A stretch of 62,019 nt of DNA, counting the filler, from Chiloscyllium plagiosum (Eukaryota), in NCBI RefSeq assembly GCF_004010195.1. It is 4 parts of one record of this genome, joined end to end, with 100 filler letters (N's around TTAATTAATTAA, not from the genome) between each part and the next. Parts side by side here need not be neighbours in the genome. Positions count along the whole stretch, not along the records: positions 47,080 to 62,019 come from NC_057717.1; 3 more parts are not named here. One strand, given 5' to 3'. This document shows, one piece after another, positions 48,060 to 60,345 of the stretch (positions within the stretch are counted from its first letter, which is position 1; each line of letters begins with the position of its first letter). The notes beneath the pieces were generated by a model. The model did no database searches and was not told the origin of the DNA. It saw only the letters and a program-made list of their open reading frames with translations. The translations under genes and the position numbers were made by a program.

Positions 48060-51000
48060 TGTGTCTAACCGTAACATATCTTCCCAACCTCTATACGCAA
48101 TCCCCTGAATAATGAAGGCCAGTGTGCCAAAAGTCTTCTTCACTGCTCTGTATATCTGTGACTTCATTTTCAGGAAACTGTGCACCTGAAATTCAAGGTC
48201 CCTCTATACCGCATTCCTTAAGGCCTTACCATTCACATGAAACTCCTACCTTGATGTGACTTCCCAAAATGCAATATCTTATACTTATCTAGATTAACCT
48301 CCATTTGTGATTTCTTGGTCGACTTCCCCAGCTGATCAAGGCCCTGCAACAATTTCTGAGAACTTTCCTCACTGGCCATGATACTGCCTATTTTATTGTC
48401 ATCCATAAACTTACTAATCGTGCCGTGCACATTCTCATCCAAATCATTGATATAGATTACAAACAGTAATGGGGCCAGCACCAGCTCTGAGACACGCCAC
48501 TATTCACAGGCCTCCAGTCCAACAAGCATCGTCCCACTATTACCTGCTGCTTCCTACCATCAACAAGTTATGCATCCAATTTGCCATCGAACGTTCCAGG
48601 GCAGCCTATCACGTGGAACCTTATCACAGGCCTTACTGAAATCCCGATAGACTGCAACTCCCACTCTGCCTTCTTCAACTTTCCTGGTCACTTCATCCAA
48701 GAACTCAAACAAATTTGTGTGGCATGATCTCTCATTCACAAAGGTACGTAGTCTTTGCAGTTTCATATCAAAAACTATTAATCATTATTAAAATAAATAA
48801 TGCATATTCATAATAAAGTCCTTAATTTCTAAATACACGTATATCTTATCTCCAAGTTTTCTCAAGAAAATGATATCCATAGTCTAACAGGTTGAGCGCC
48901 CACGTTTTTTCTTTGCTTTCCTTCGTGAATAAAGACTCAACATTCACCACCATCCAGTCTTCTGGGACCTCACCCATGGCTCATGATGATGCACGAATAC
49001 CAAACAGTGTCCCCGTAAATTCTGATCTAGCCTCTTGCCATCTAGTCATGATTAGGAGATGTATCCACCTTTATACATTCCAATACATTCAAATCCTCCT
49101 CTATTGTGATATCGTCTGTATCTTAGATATCACCACTAACCTCCCCAAGCTCTAAAGTCTTCAAATACTTCTCCATGGTAAACACCGAGGAGAAATATTC
49201 AATGAGAGCATTGCCCATTTCCTGCAGTTGTACATATACATGACCAGTTTCGCCCCTGAGGGGTCATACTTATTCTCTTTTCTTTAATATACTGAAAGAA
49301 CTGGATTCACTCGAATCATTTCAGCCAAACTATGTCATACATCAGTTCCGTTTTCCTGATTTCTTTCTTCAGTAAACTCCTCTATTCCCTGTATACGTTC
49401 GGGGATACCCTTGACCAGCAGTCTGGACTTGAGCCACTCTGCCTTCTTCAACATTCCTGGTCACTTCATCCAAGAACTCAAACAAATTTGTGCGGCATGA
49501 TCTCTCATTCACAAAGGTACGTAGTCTTTGCAGTTTCATATCAATTACTATTAATCATTATTAAAATAAATAATAAATATTCATAATAAAGTCCTTAATT
49601 TCTAAATACACGTATATCTTATCTCCACGTTTTCTCAAGAAAATGATATCCATAGTCTAACAGGTTGAGCTCCCACGTTTTTTCTTTGCTTTCCTTCGTG
49701 AATAAAGACTCAACATTCGCCACCATCCAGTCTTCTGGGACCTCACCCATGGCTCATGATGATGCACGAATACCAAACAGTGTCCCCGTAAATTCTGATC
49801 TAGCCTCTTGCCATCTAGTCATGATTAGGAGATGTATCCACCTTTATACCTTCCAATACATTCAAATCCTCCTCTATTGTGATATCGTCCGTATCTTAGA
49901 TATCACCACTAACCTCCCCAAGCTCTAAAGTCTTCAAATACTTCTCCATGGTAAACACCGAGGAGAAATATTCAATGAGAGCATTGCCCATTTCATGCAG
50001 TTGTACATATACATGACCAGTTTCGCCCCTGAGGGGTCATACTTATTCTCTTTTCTTTCATATACTGAAAGAACTGGATTCACTCGAATCATTTCAGCCA
50101 TACTATGTCATACACCAGTTCCGTTTTCCTGATTTCTTTCTTTAGTAAACTCCTCTATTCCCTGTATACGTTCGGGGATACCCTTGACCAGCAGTCTGGA
50201 CTTGAGCCACTCCTCATTTTTTATAGTTAAAGCCCCAATACCTCTTGTCATCCAGTGTCCGCTCTTCCTGCCAAGTTTGCTCTTTATCCTCACAGGAGCA
50301 TATAGACGTTGAAGTCCAGTTATCACACTTTGAAAGTCCTCCACTTGCCAGAGGTCCCTTGCTTGCAAACAAACTACTCCAACCAACTCCTGCAAGCTCT
50401 TGTTTAATTCCATCAAAATTGACCTTGTCCAAAGTTAGGTCTTCAACCTGTGGACCAGTTTTGTCCCTCGCCATAAAGATATGAAAAGTAATAGAACTGT
50501 GATCACTAGACACAAAGTGCTCCCCCACTGACACCACTGTCATCTGTCTTGCCCTAATCCCCAAATTTACTTCTAGATTTGCCCCTTCCTGAGTAGGACC
50601 CTCGTCATACTGCTCGAGGAATCTTTCCTGAACGCACTTAATAGATTCACCCCATCTAAGTCCTTAATTATATGTCATTCCCAATCTATGTTCGGAAAAT
50701 TAAAACGGCCGACTCTGCCCCTGCAAGTCTCCCAAATCTCTCGACATATTTTTGCTTCTCTAATTCCCGTTGACTATTTGGGGGTCCTATAGGGCAATCA
50801 CAATAACGTCACCATCCCCTTCTTATTTCTTAGTTCCAACCACAAAGCCTCACTGGATGATCGTTCAGTTATTTCATCTCTGATCACTGCTGTAATACAC
50901 GTGTTAATCAAAACTGCAACTCCCCCTCATCTTCTTCCACCATTTCTGTCCCGCCGGAACCACCTGTAATCTGGCACCTTAAACTGCCAGTCCCGTCCCT

Positions 51001-51740
51001 TCCTTAGGCATCTTTCAGAAATGTCTGTAATATCTGAGTCCCACGTAGCTATCCACGCCCTGAGTTCATTGGTCTCACTTATCAGACATCTTGCAATGAA
51101 ATAGATGAAATTTAATCCAAAAGGCATTCATTGATCCCTGTCGTGTTCCAGCCTGACCTGATCTTTAACTTCACTTTACTGATTCTGATTACGTATCTCC
51201 TTCCAGCGTCACCCTAGTCCCCTGCTGCTAATGACCCCACTCCCCACTATCGCCCACCACTTAAACCCTTAAACCCTCCCTTGCAGCATCTTCACACCTG
51301 TCTGCCAAGGTATTTGACCCCTCCAGTTCAGGTGCAACTCGTCCCACTTGAACAGATCACCTCTGCCGCAGTAAAGATTAGAATATCTATCCCCTTCCCC
51401 AATTTTTTAGCAATGCATTCGTCTGTCATATCCTCCTGTTCGTACTCTCACTAGCACGTGGCACTGGAAGGATCCGGATATTTCCTCCATCGTGGTCCTG
51501 GTTTTTAACTTCATTCCTAGCTCTCTCTAATCACTCTGAAGATCCTCACCCCTATTTCTACATATGTCGTTTCATCAACATGAACAATGACTTCTACCTG
51601 CTCACCGCCCCCCCTCAACAACGCTCTGGAGCCCATCGGAGACATCCTTCATCGTGGCATCTGGGAGATAATACACCATCGTGGATTCCCGTTTGCAGCC
51701 ATGGAATCTCCTGTCAGTTCTCTCACTATCATTTCTGAAT
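48060..51740 (-). mobile_element. Long decayed CR1 LINE (5' region, endonuclease, RT)
   Basis: NELRAWIATWDSDI..WQFKVPDYRWFRRDR; VGEHFVSSDHSSITF; RSCHTNLFEF..YRDFSKACDKVP; LAPLLFVIYINDLD..SKFMDDNKI. Confidence 0.92.
48661..50212. repeat. 773-bp direct tandem duplication within the CR1
   Basis: Units start with ccactc at 48661 and 49434 (third ccactc at 50207); ORFs 48892 and 49665 are near-identical. Confidence 0.95.
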
Positions 51741-54084
51741 GATAACTTTTGAAGCTATTATGCTTACACGAGCTGCTGGAAACGGGATTGCTTCCAGAAA
51801 CAGTTGGATTTTGCTGAATTGCTTTGCTTCTTGCAATGGCATACAGACAGGAGTGTCGTGAGCAAACCTTCGACAAAAAAAAAATAGTACAGTGTGAGTG
51901 TTGGGAAGTTTATGTTTTGGGGTAATGATAAAACAGCAGAAACCCTCATTAGTGGTAAAGACGAGTTGGCTTTATTTTGTGGCTCGCACATATTTTTTGG
52001 ATGAGGGACAGGGAAAGAGAAAGGAAGCAATAGACTGTTCCTTCTCAAACATATTACATTTTCCCACTCTAAGATGAATCAGTAACGTTATCAGACTGCA
52101 AACTGGACCATGTGAGGACTTCTAGAACTTTGTTGGAACGATATGATTCCAACACATTCTCTGCTCCAAGTAAATGCATCATAACAACTGTCGTGCATAG
52201 AATCGTTTACTTAGAAAAATGGCCCTACTGGATGGGAAGGTGTGTTAATATGTGCCTGTGGAATATAAAAATACAACGGTTAATGTTTTCACAATATCTG
52301 AATTAAAATGAAGGTGTCTAATTCTAAATCAAGTACTAAAATTGCTGGAAAATCTCTGCATGTCTGCCAGCATGTATAAAGAGAAATCCGAGTTAAATCT
52401 TCTGGTCCAGTGACCTTACCCAAGAACCTCTCCTATTTTTAAATTATTTCCCCAGTTTTCTTCTCTCACACGAAAGGAAATATCCATCAAGTATTCACTC
52501 GCTACATCCTCTTCATGATCTTATATTGTCAATTCGGCCACCTCTCATTCTCAGGCCTAAACTGTTAATCGTTGATTATGTGATGACTTCATCCCAAGAA
52601 CGAGAAAACTGAAATGTATTTGAAAGATTAGGAGAACAATTTATGCTATTATTAAGTTTAAGGAATTATAACTGCACGTAATGCATCAGATGTGATCTCA
52701 AACATGTCCTATACTGATGCAGAAAATTATCCCTATGATCATACACGACACCCGTAGCACGAAACAGCATCATTCAGCCTACCGTCACATCACTTGACTG
52801 CACCAGCAGAGTAACTTGAAGTGATTGATGTAGAAAGACATAGAGAATCCTTCTGTACCACCGGGTTCCGCATTCTGCTACCATTTAAATAATTTGTCAT
52901 GTCCCCAAAACAAAAACTTCCCACACCCACGTTGTACTGCTTTTCTGTCGAAGGTTTGCTCACTACCCTCCTGTCTGTATGCCATAGCAGACACTCTGTC
53001 TCCTATGACATTGTATTGAATTACTAACCTGGTGTAAAGCAAACTGATGGCCAATCCATTCAGCCCCTTCATCCTAATAACTAATCGAGATTGTAAACTG
53101 TTGATGACCTCACTCTGATTCCTGGTGACTTCCACGACTTGCCGATTTCCAACTGGAAAATAAGTAAATATCTCATTTCTGTATTTTTTCTCAGCTAACA
53201 GCGCTCCTCAAGTCCTATGTAACATCCTAGAACAGTGACATGGCCTCCGCCTGTCCTGTGTAATTTACTCACATGACTGACCACTTCACTCTATTCCTGT
53301 TCAACTCCAAAGAGGGCAAAATTCTATTCTCCTGCCTCAGTGTAACTATGCTGCGTGGCTGAATGGGATATTCCTGCCCCTCTGTTGTTGCCTTGAGAGG
53401 TGTATTAAGAGAAAACCATGTGGTGTAGGAACAGCAGTTGGCCATTCTGTTCCAATTTGGAAAGTTCATGGCTGTCTGATTGTTATTGAGCACCAACCAA
53501 ATATCTGTTCTCAATAAATATTGAATGTTCAATGAAATAAAGATCATTTAAGGTTAGCCTTGAATATTTTCAATGACCCAGTCTTCACTGTTCCCTGTGA
53601 ATGACAGCACCACAGATCACACAGTCCGAAAGAAAAAGGAGCAAACTTACATCAAACGTAAATGGGAGACTACTTAATTTAAAATGTGTTAACCTTACAG
53701 CAAGCCATCTCCTCTTTTGAGAAATAAAGGCACAGCAAATGGGAATAGGCGTAGAACATTCAGCCCCTCAAACCTATCTCAAAGTCCCATTTTTTCTGTT
53801 CAGTAAAGAATTTACCTTCAGGCCACACAATATAGGAAATTGGAATTAAGTCATTTTGCCAGTTAAGTCTACATAGCTCTTCGATCATGACTGAGATGTT
53901 TATGAACACAATTCTCTCGCTTTCTTATTGTAACTCGTGTCCACCATTTAATCAAAACTTGTCTGTTTCTGTATTAAAGATATGACTGTCGCTGTGTCTC
54001 TATATGTCTCTGTGTGTGTTGATGTGTGTGTGTGTGCGTGCGTGCGCGAGTATGTGTGTTTCTGTGTACATCTGTTTACTGGCA

Positions 54085-54334
54085 GGGGACAGGCTGGTGC
54101 AGAGGGTTGTTTTCCGGACTGGAAGCCTGTGAGCAGCGATGATCCACAGGCAAAATCGTTGGATCCAGTTTTGTTTGTCAATTATATAAATGATTTAGAT
54201 GAAAATTATAGAAGGCAAGATCAGCAAAATTGCGGATGACATCAAGGTTGGTTGTATATTGGACAATGATTGTGTAATGGTTACCAATCTAAGATTACAA
54301 AGAGATCTTAATCAATTGAATCAGTCAATCAATG
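54085..54334 (+). mobile_element. CR1 RT fragment
   Basis: DWKPVSSDDPQAKSLDPVLFVNYINDLD / ISKIADDIKVG. Confidence 0.85.
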
Positions 54335-55419
54335 NNNNNNNNNNNNNNNNNNNNNNNNNNNNNNNNNNNNNNNNNNNNNNNNNNNNNNNNNNNNNNNNNN
54401 NNNNNNNNNNNNNNNNNNNNNNNNNNNNNNNNNNNNNNNNNNNNNNNNNNNNNNNNNNNNNNNNNNNNNNNNNNNNNNNNNNNNNNNNNNNNNNNNNNNN
54501 NNNNNNNNNNNNNNNNNNNNNNNNNNNNNNNNNNNNNNNNNNNNNNNNNNNNNNNNNNNNNNNNNNNNNNNNNNNNNNNNNNNNNNNNNNNNNNNNNNNN
54601 NNNNNNNNNNNNNNNNNNNNNNNNNNNNNNNNNNNNNNNNNNNNNNNNNNNNNNNNNNNNNNNNNNNNNNNNNNNNNNNNNNNNNNNNNNNNNNNNNNNN
54701 NNNNNNNNNNNNNNNNNNNNNNNNNNNNNNNNNNNNNNNNNNNNNNNNNNNNNNNNNNNNNNNNNNNNNNNNNNNNNNNNNNNNNNNNNNNNNNNNNNNN
54801 NNNNNNNNNNNNNNNNNNNNNNNNNNNNNNNNNNNNNNNNNNNNNNNNNNNNNNNNNNNNNNNNNNNNNNNNNNNNNNNNNNNNNNNNNNNNNNNNNNNN
54901 NNNNNNNNNNNNNNNNNNNNNNNNNNNNNNNNNNNNNNNNNNNNNNNNNNNNNNNNNNNNNNNNNNNNNNNNNNNNNNNNNNNNNNNNNNNNNNNNNNNN
55001 NNNNNNNNNNNNNNNNNNNNNNNNNNNNNNNNNNNNNNNNNNNNNNNNNNNCTGTTATCTTTAGTCTGAAATATTCGGGACAGAAATCCTGCAGACACAT
55101 TCTGCATTATGAAGGATCTCGAATACATATTACTACTTAACACAAGAGATCACGAAAAAGCATAATTTCTGGCCAAAAAAAAACAATACCTGTACACTCT
55201 AACATGTGGCTTCCCTCTTCCTAAAATCATTCATTGACACAAGGCAATTGTTTACTTTACAGCCTCTCCTTATCCACTCCTCCCTCTGCCTGTGCAAGTC
55301 AAACCAAGCTCTGCACTTTTGGGAAAATCTAGATTGGCGCTTGTCGGGCTTCTGGACAGGGGAACGCATTTAAAAATTGAATGGGGAGGGTAAGGCGGTA
55401 GTAATAACACTCACTGGGC

Positions 55420-56170
55420 TGAGGTGAGCCAGTTGGAGTTTAACTTGGATAAATGGGAGCTATTGCACTTTGGTAAAACAAACAAGGCTAATGCAATTAA
55501 TGGCCGGGCTTTGTTCGTGTTGTAGGAAAAGGGGAACCAGTGATGCAGGTATAACTTTTTGAAGTTTGCAACAGAGGGTGATTAAGGTAATTTTGTTGCT
55601 TAGATGATTGAGTTTAGAGTAGAGAAGTCATGCTGAGATTGTGCAGGACATGGGTGAAACCTCTTCTGGAGAAATGTGTGCAGTTGTGATCACCTTGTTA
55701 TCAGAAGGATATTATAACGCTGGAGGCGGTTCAGAAGAGATTCACCAGGATTCTAGCAGTATCACTTCATCTTTCATCTCGGAAGCCTACAAACACTTGA
55801 CATGAACATTGCATTCAACCGTTTCCAAAACGCCAATCCGCAGGCACGTCCCATATCCACTCCTCCGACTCAGATCTACGCTCGATAGGAGACAGACCAG
55901 TCCATTTTCCTTCTCACCTATCCACTCCACAGTCACCACCGACCTCTCGATATCAACTCCTACCTTTTCACAATTGTTGCCTACTTCCCCCAAACCCACA
56001 CTCAAACCCCACTTATCTCTCAGCCTCCTTCCGCCTCTCCAGTCCTGATGAAGTGTTTTGCCTGAAACGTTGACTCTCGCTTCTTGGGCTCTGCCTGACC
56101 TGCTGTGCCTTTTCCACGTCTAAGCTTTTTCTGTACTGAATTCCCCAGTATCTGCATGCCCTATTGTCTC
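55420..56170 (+). mobile_element. CR1 fragment (~55420-55760) followed by a Penelope 3' terminal fragment (~55765-56170)
   Basis: CR1-like text up to gttcagaagagattcaccagg; ctgatgaagtgttttgcctgaaacgtt hammerhead remnant at 56045-56071. Confidence 0.7.
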
Positions 56171-56689
56171 CCGATTAACATTACCATGTCGTCTGTTTCT
56201 TTTCACTCCACGTTGTCTTCAGCGCATTTTCACCTCAGATCATGGCCTGTAAAAATTCTCTCAAATTTTTACTAGTATCAGTAGGTACAGAATTTATATT
56301 TCCATGTAAAAACAGAGAAGCATATGCATATTCCGAAAACTTCTGGTATTACTCCAATACCCGAGGCAGTTTGAATGTTTACACACAATTGCTTTACCAG
56401 TCCCAACAGTCCTTCCCTCTGTCACCCTCGCATTTCCCACCCAGAATGTGTAAATTACAATCATTGTTTTGAATTTTAATAAAACAGTATTGAACTGAAA
56501 GGGGGTAACTGGAGCTACTTGTTCACCGAATGTGATTAATGTGAGTCTCCGTAAGTCCTAAATTATTCACTGCAGGTTTGCAATTCTATTAATAAAGGAA
56601 TCGGTTAAACGTGTTATTCCATACTATGAGCGGGAGCCTCACTTCCAGCATTAACAGGCATGAGCAGCTCCAGAGAGAGGGAGAGGAGA

Positions 56690-56857
56690 GATTTGAATCT
56701 GAGAACATTAGACTGGACTGTTCCAATAATGGATCAGAATCTGGGAACTTTAGAGTGGAAGGTTCCAACAATGGATCCGGTTCTGAGAATATTAGACTAG
56801 AAAGTTCCAACAATGGTTCAGAATCTGAAAACAATAGACTGAAATGTTCCAGCGATG
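56690..56857 (+). repeat. 42-bp minisatellite, ~4 units (same family as 16449-16692)
   Basis: ATG-bearing units at 56729, 56771, 56813 and 56855. Confidence 0.9.
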
Positions 56858-56956
56858 GGCATGATTCTTTGATACATTTAACATGACGGATTCGTAGTAT
56901 GCTGATGCTTATTCAAGGTGGTAACTATCCCATCCTCGGTATAACTGGTGTGCCTG
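56729..56956 (+). pseudogene. GPCR (GPR139-like) first coding exon, copy 4; several stops and a frameshifting deletion
   Basis: MDQNLGTLEWKVPTMDPVLRILD*KVPTMVQNLKTID*NVPAM../..T*RIRSMLMLIQGGNYPILGITGVP, then G|GTACGT. Only the ATG at 56899 (and a second Met two codons later) is open to the donor. Confidence 0.7.
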
Positions 56957-57734
56957 GTACGTCTTCCATCTGTCTATTAAAACAGGCTGAATGAATTGCT
57001 GCTCATCTTATTTAAAATTTGGAAAGTTGGAAGTCAATAATTCAGTTCCAATCAAAAATCCATTCTTTGCAATTATTACTGGCAAATTACAATTTACAAA
57101 TTACTCACCGATATGCGAGAATGAACCAGAATTTTCTAAAACTCCATAACCCTTTTAGTCCTGAACAGATTTAAAATTTCAATATTCTCCCCATTCACTA
57201 TTCTTATCTATTAGTACCATGGTAATAGCCCAGTCTCCTCCTCACACCCGGTTCAATTTCGGAAAAAAAACAACATCTGTGCCTTTGTTAAATCTTGATT
57301 CACCTGTTTCAAGTCCATTCTAACCATGCTTCCATGGCAAAAAATGCACTTGAGATGCTTAAACTGTTCGCCCCACAGAGTCTGTCAGATAGGCAGAAAA
57401 TGTATGGTGGTAACGTCATTAACTCAATCTAGAGCCACAGAATAATAATTTGTTTTTAACTCATGAACAAAATTGGTGGCACAGAAATGCAATCATCATC
57501 ATTTGTGAGAAAAAATAATCCAATCTGCTTACCTCATGTCCTTCTGAGAAGGCAATGGTTCATCCTTCCCTGGTCAGGTTTCCTTGTGAGTGGAAACCCG
57601 CAGCAATGTGTTTTACTCTTTACTGTCCTGCGGAACCGCTGAACCAGCCATTCAATTCAACATAAGCATAAGATGCTTGCCTGACCTAGTGCATAGGTGT
57701 TTCTCCAGACTAATTCCTGGGATGGTAGTACCAT

Positions 57735-57890
57735 GAGGATTAGATTAGATTAGATACCCGACAGTGTGGAAACAGGACCTTTGGCCCAACCAGTCCTCAA
57801 CGACCCTCAGAAGAGCAACTCACCCAGACCCATTTCCCTCTGACTAATGCACCGAGCACGATCGGCAATTTAGCATGGCCAATTCACCTG
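57735..57890 (-). mobile_element. HE1-type V-SINE 3' half
   Basis: (gatta)n tail and caatttagcatggccaattcacctg. Confidence 0.85.
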
Positions 57891-58149
57891 AGTGAGTGAT
57901 GATTAATTTGTAGCGCTGTGAGGGAATAAGAGGTGATTGAATTGAAACGCGAAGCGAATGGACAATCACTCATGATGTTCTAAACAATCACTGATACGGT
58001 GATAAATTCCATGATCTTATTCACTCGGGTTACGTAATTCTGGATAGTCTATATGCCTCTGAGAACTTTGTGCTCACTCCACTCCCACTATTGATGTCGA
58101 TTGAGGGAGCAAGACTGATGGTCAGTCTTTGAATAAAGAGTCCCCACAT

Positions 58150-59070
58150 TAATACCGTGAAGTTGGTGTGTGTTCCTGCATTGAAAGTCACATTATCCAC
58201 AATCTCTGGAGCAGCCGCAATACCTTCATTGGTAACCAGTTAACTCTTCCCATCAGCTTCTGATGTCCATTGAGAACATAGTTCTGTCTTCTCGGATTTG
58301 GAAGACGCCTGTTTGAGACTTGGCACAAAACATCTGGCTTACCTCCTCATTGCCAGCAAACCACGTAAAGTACCAAGTGTTCCATACGCAAAGGAGCACG
58401 AGGAACATCTTGGAGCCATCTATGCTTGCAGTCTTTGTTCCATTGATTTGTCATCGTGGAGCATCAATGACGCCCTCCTGTTCGTGTATAAATATCTCCA
58501 GGGACAGAATAGGCTCCTCTTGGTCCTATGGTACACGTTCCAGGGTCTGATTGGGCTTCGCTCGTTCCTGTTTAACAGTTCGATGTACTGACCAGGCTCA
58601 TTCTCTTCCTGTGGAACAAGCAGTTTCATTAAATGTTCTGTCCCTTTTCTTGGCCACCTCCCCTGCTCTGTAATGTCATGAATAGGCTGAATTATTTAAT
58701 TCTCTATTACTGTGTAGCTCCGTGGAGGGTCAGAATGGTCTTCTCCCATCTCATTGTAACGTTCCTGACTGGCTGAATGGTGTGCCCACTACATTTGTTA
58801 CTGCTTCGAGGGGTGGATTATAGGAACAACACATGGGGTAGGGGCAAGGGTACATCTCTGTAACATCTTTGAGTGTTGATTGAGAGAAAGAAACATTGGC
58901 TTGAGGCAGCACTTGGTCTTTCAAGGATGCTCACGGCTATGTAATTGGGCCAGACCAGCTCTCTTCTGTCTGTTCCGAATAAACATTGACTATCCTGTCC
59001 AGCAAAGATCAGTTGGTATCAGACTTGAATATCTTCACCATCCAAGACTACGCCGCTCTCTGAGGATGAC
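58150..59070 (+). mobile_element. Possible decayed Tx1-like LINE 3' region
   Basis: QHLVFQ and atccaagactacg resemble the Tx1 ORF2 C-terminus (RNLLVFQ..VQDY); weak. Confidence 0.35.
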
Positions 59071-59829
59071 GACACGACAGATAACACAACAACAAAGTTA
59101 AAGACACTTCAAAATTTCATTGCAGGATCCGTTATATTAAAACTGTGTTAACCAAACATCAAAATGCCAACTCTTTTGAAACACAAGGACGCAATAACGA
59201 AGAATACACATAAAATATTCAGCCGTCGTAACCTGTCCCACATTACCACTGACTTTTTCCAATCAAATATGTATCAAACTCATCATCTCTGCTGTCTCAG
59301 GAGGAGAATACCAGACAGCATAACGAAATTGGAGCAGAAATAGTCCATTGAGGCCTTCAAGTTTGATGCACCATTTAATAATGTCTTATATGTTTCTCAA
59401 CATCATTCATCTGCCTTCTCCCTAGAACCCCGGATCCAAATATAAATCAAAAACATATCTATATATGGCTTAATGAAATAAGTGTCCGTGTCTCTGTGTG
59501 TCTGTATGTATGTGGGTGAGTGTCCATTCGCTCGTTGACTCTGTATTTATGTGTCTATAACCGTCTGCCTGTATCAGCCTGTGTGTTTCTATCTGTGTTT
59601 GTGTCTATTGGTGTGTGACTCTATATGTCTCTGTGTGTTTCTCCTTGTGTGTATGCCTATCTGCTTGTATGGATGCGTGTTAGTATATTTTGGTGTAACC
59701 AAATATTTGTACGTATTTCTATGCCGGCACGTCGGTGCAACGTGATATCTTTTCTTTTGGGATAGAGAGAGCAGACATGGGAACTGACAGTGTGTCAAAA
59801 TTGGGAATTGTCTTTCACTGAACATTGTT

Positions 59830-60345
59830 TCTTACTCGGTTGGTGGGATATGGATGTTTTAGAATCTCCACACATGTCGTCCTGGTCCTCTCCGATTCGA
59901 ACCTGGGTCCTTCTACATGGCCAGGGAAGGTGGGGGAGGAACGGATATTGGGCAGTTCACCATCCAGCTTCGCCCATTCTGTATTATTCCAGGCTGTTTC
60001 TCCTGGAATGGGAGAAAAGAACGGAGGGAATGAGTGTGCACGTGGGCGGCCCTGCTGTTAATGCTGATGTAGGTGGGGGGTGGGCGGGGAAACGGTGGCG
60101 TGTCCGGGGGAGTCAGTGCACAGTTTGAATCCATAAGGTGTTATTAGTGTGGGGATATTGCGTAGGCGACAGTGAAAGTGAGGTAATGAAAGTGCTGAAT
60201 TCAATAGTGAGAGTTGTACTGCATGAGACTTAGTTAGAGATAAAAGGTGAGACATGTTCGTGGGAAGGCAATGTAATAAATATAAAGTGAGTGTGATCGA
60301 GTAGAGAAAATACAGTGACACTTATCCTGACAGGGCGGGGAGGAT
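59830..60345 (-). pseudogene. Paralogous Harbinger Myb/SANT-like remnant (inverted copy of ~32630-33130)
   Basis: Reverse complement reads ctcccattccaggagaaacagcctggaataatacagaatgggcgaagctggatggtg, and ctgtcaggataagtgtcactgtatttt matches ~32644-32670. Confidence 0.7.

Noticed and set aside
2094..55143. Long ORFs containing X runs (e.g. 2094..2879, 18098..18696, 40144..40926, 54199..55143)
   Set aside because: They are open only because they run through N gaps
56611..56886. ORF with SENIRLECSNNG-type repeats (and antisense SDPLLEHSSL ORFs 16380..16721, 56589..56834) as real proteins
   Set aside because: Alternative frames of the 42-bp repeat; they do not connect to the conserved YYP..GVP donor in the paralogs
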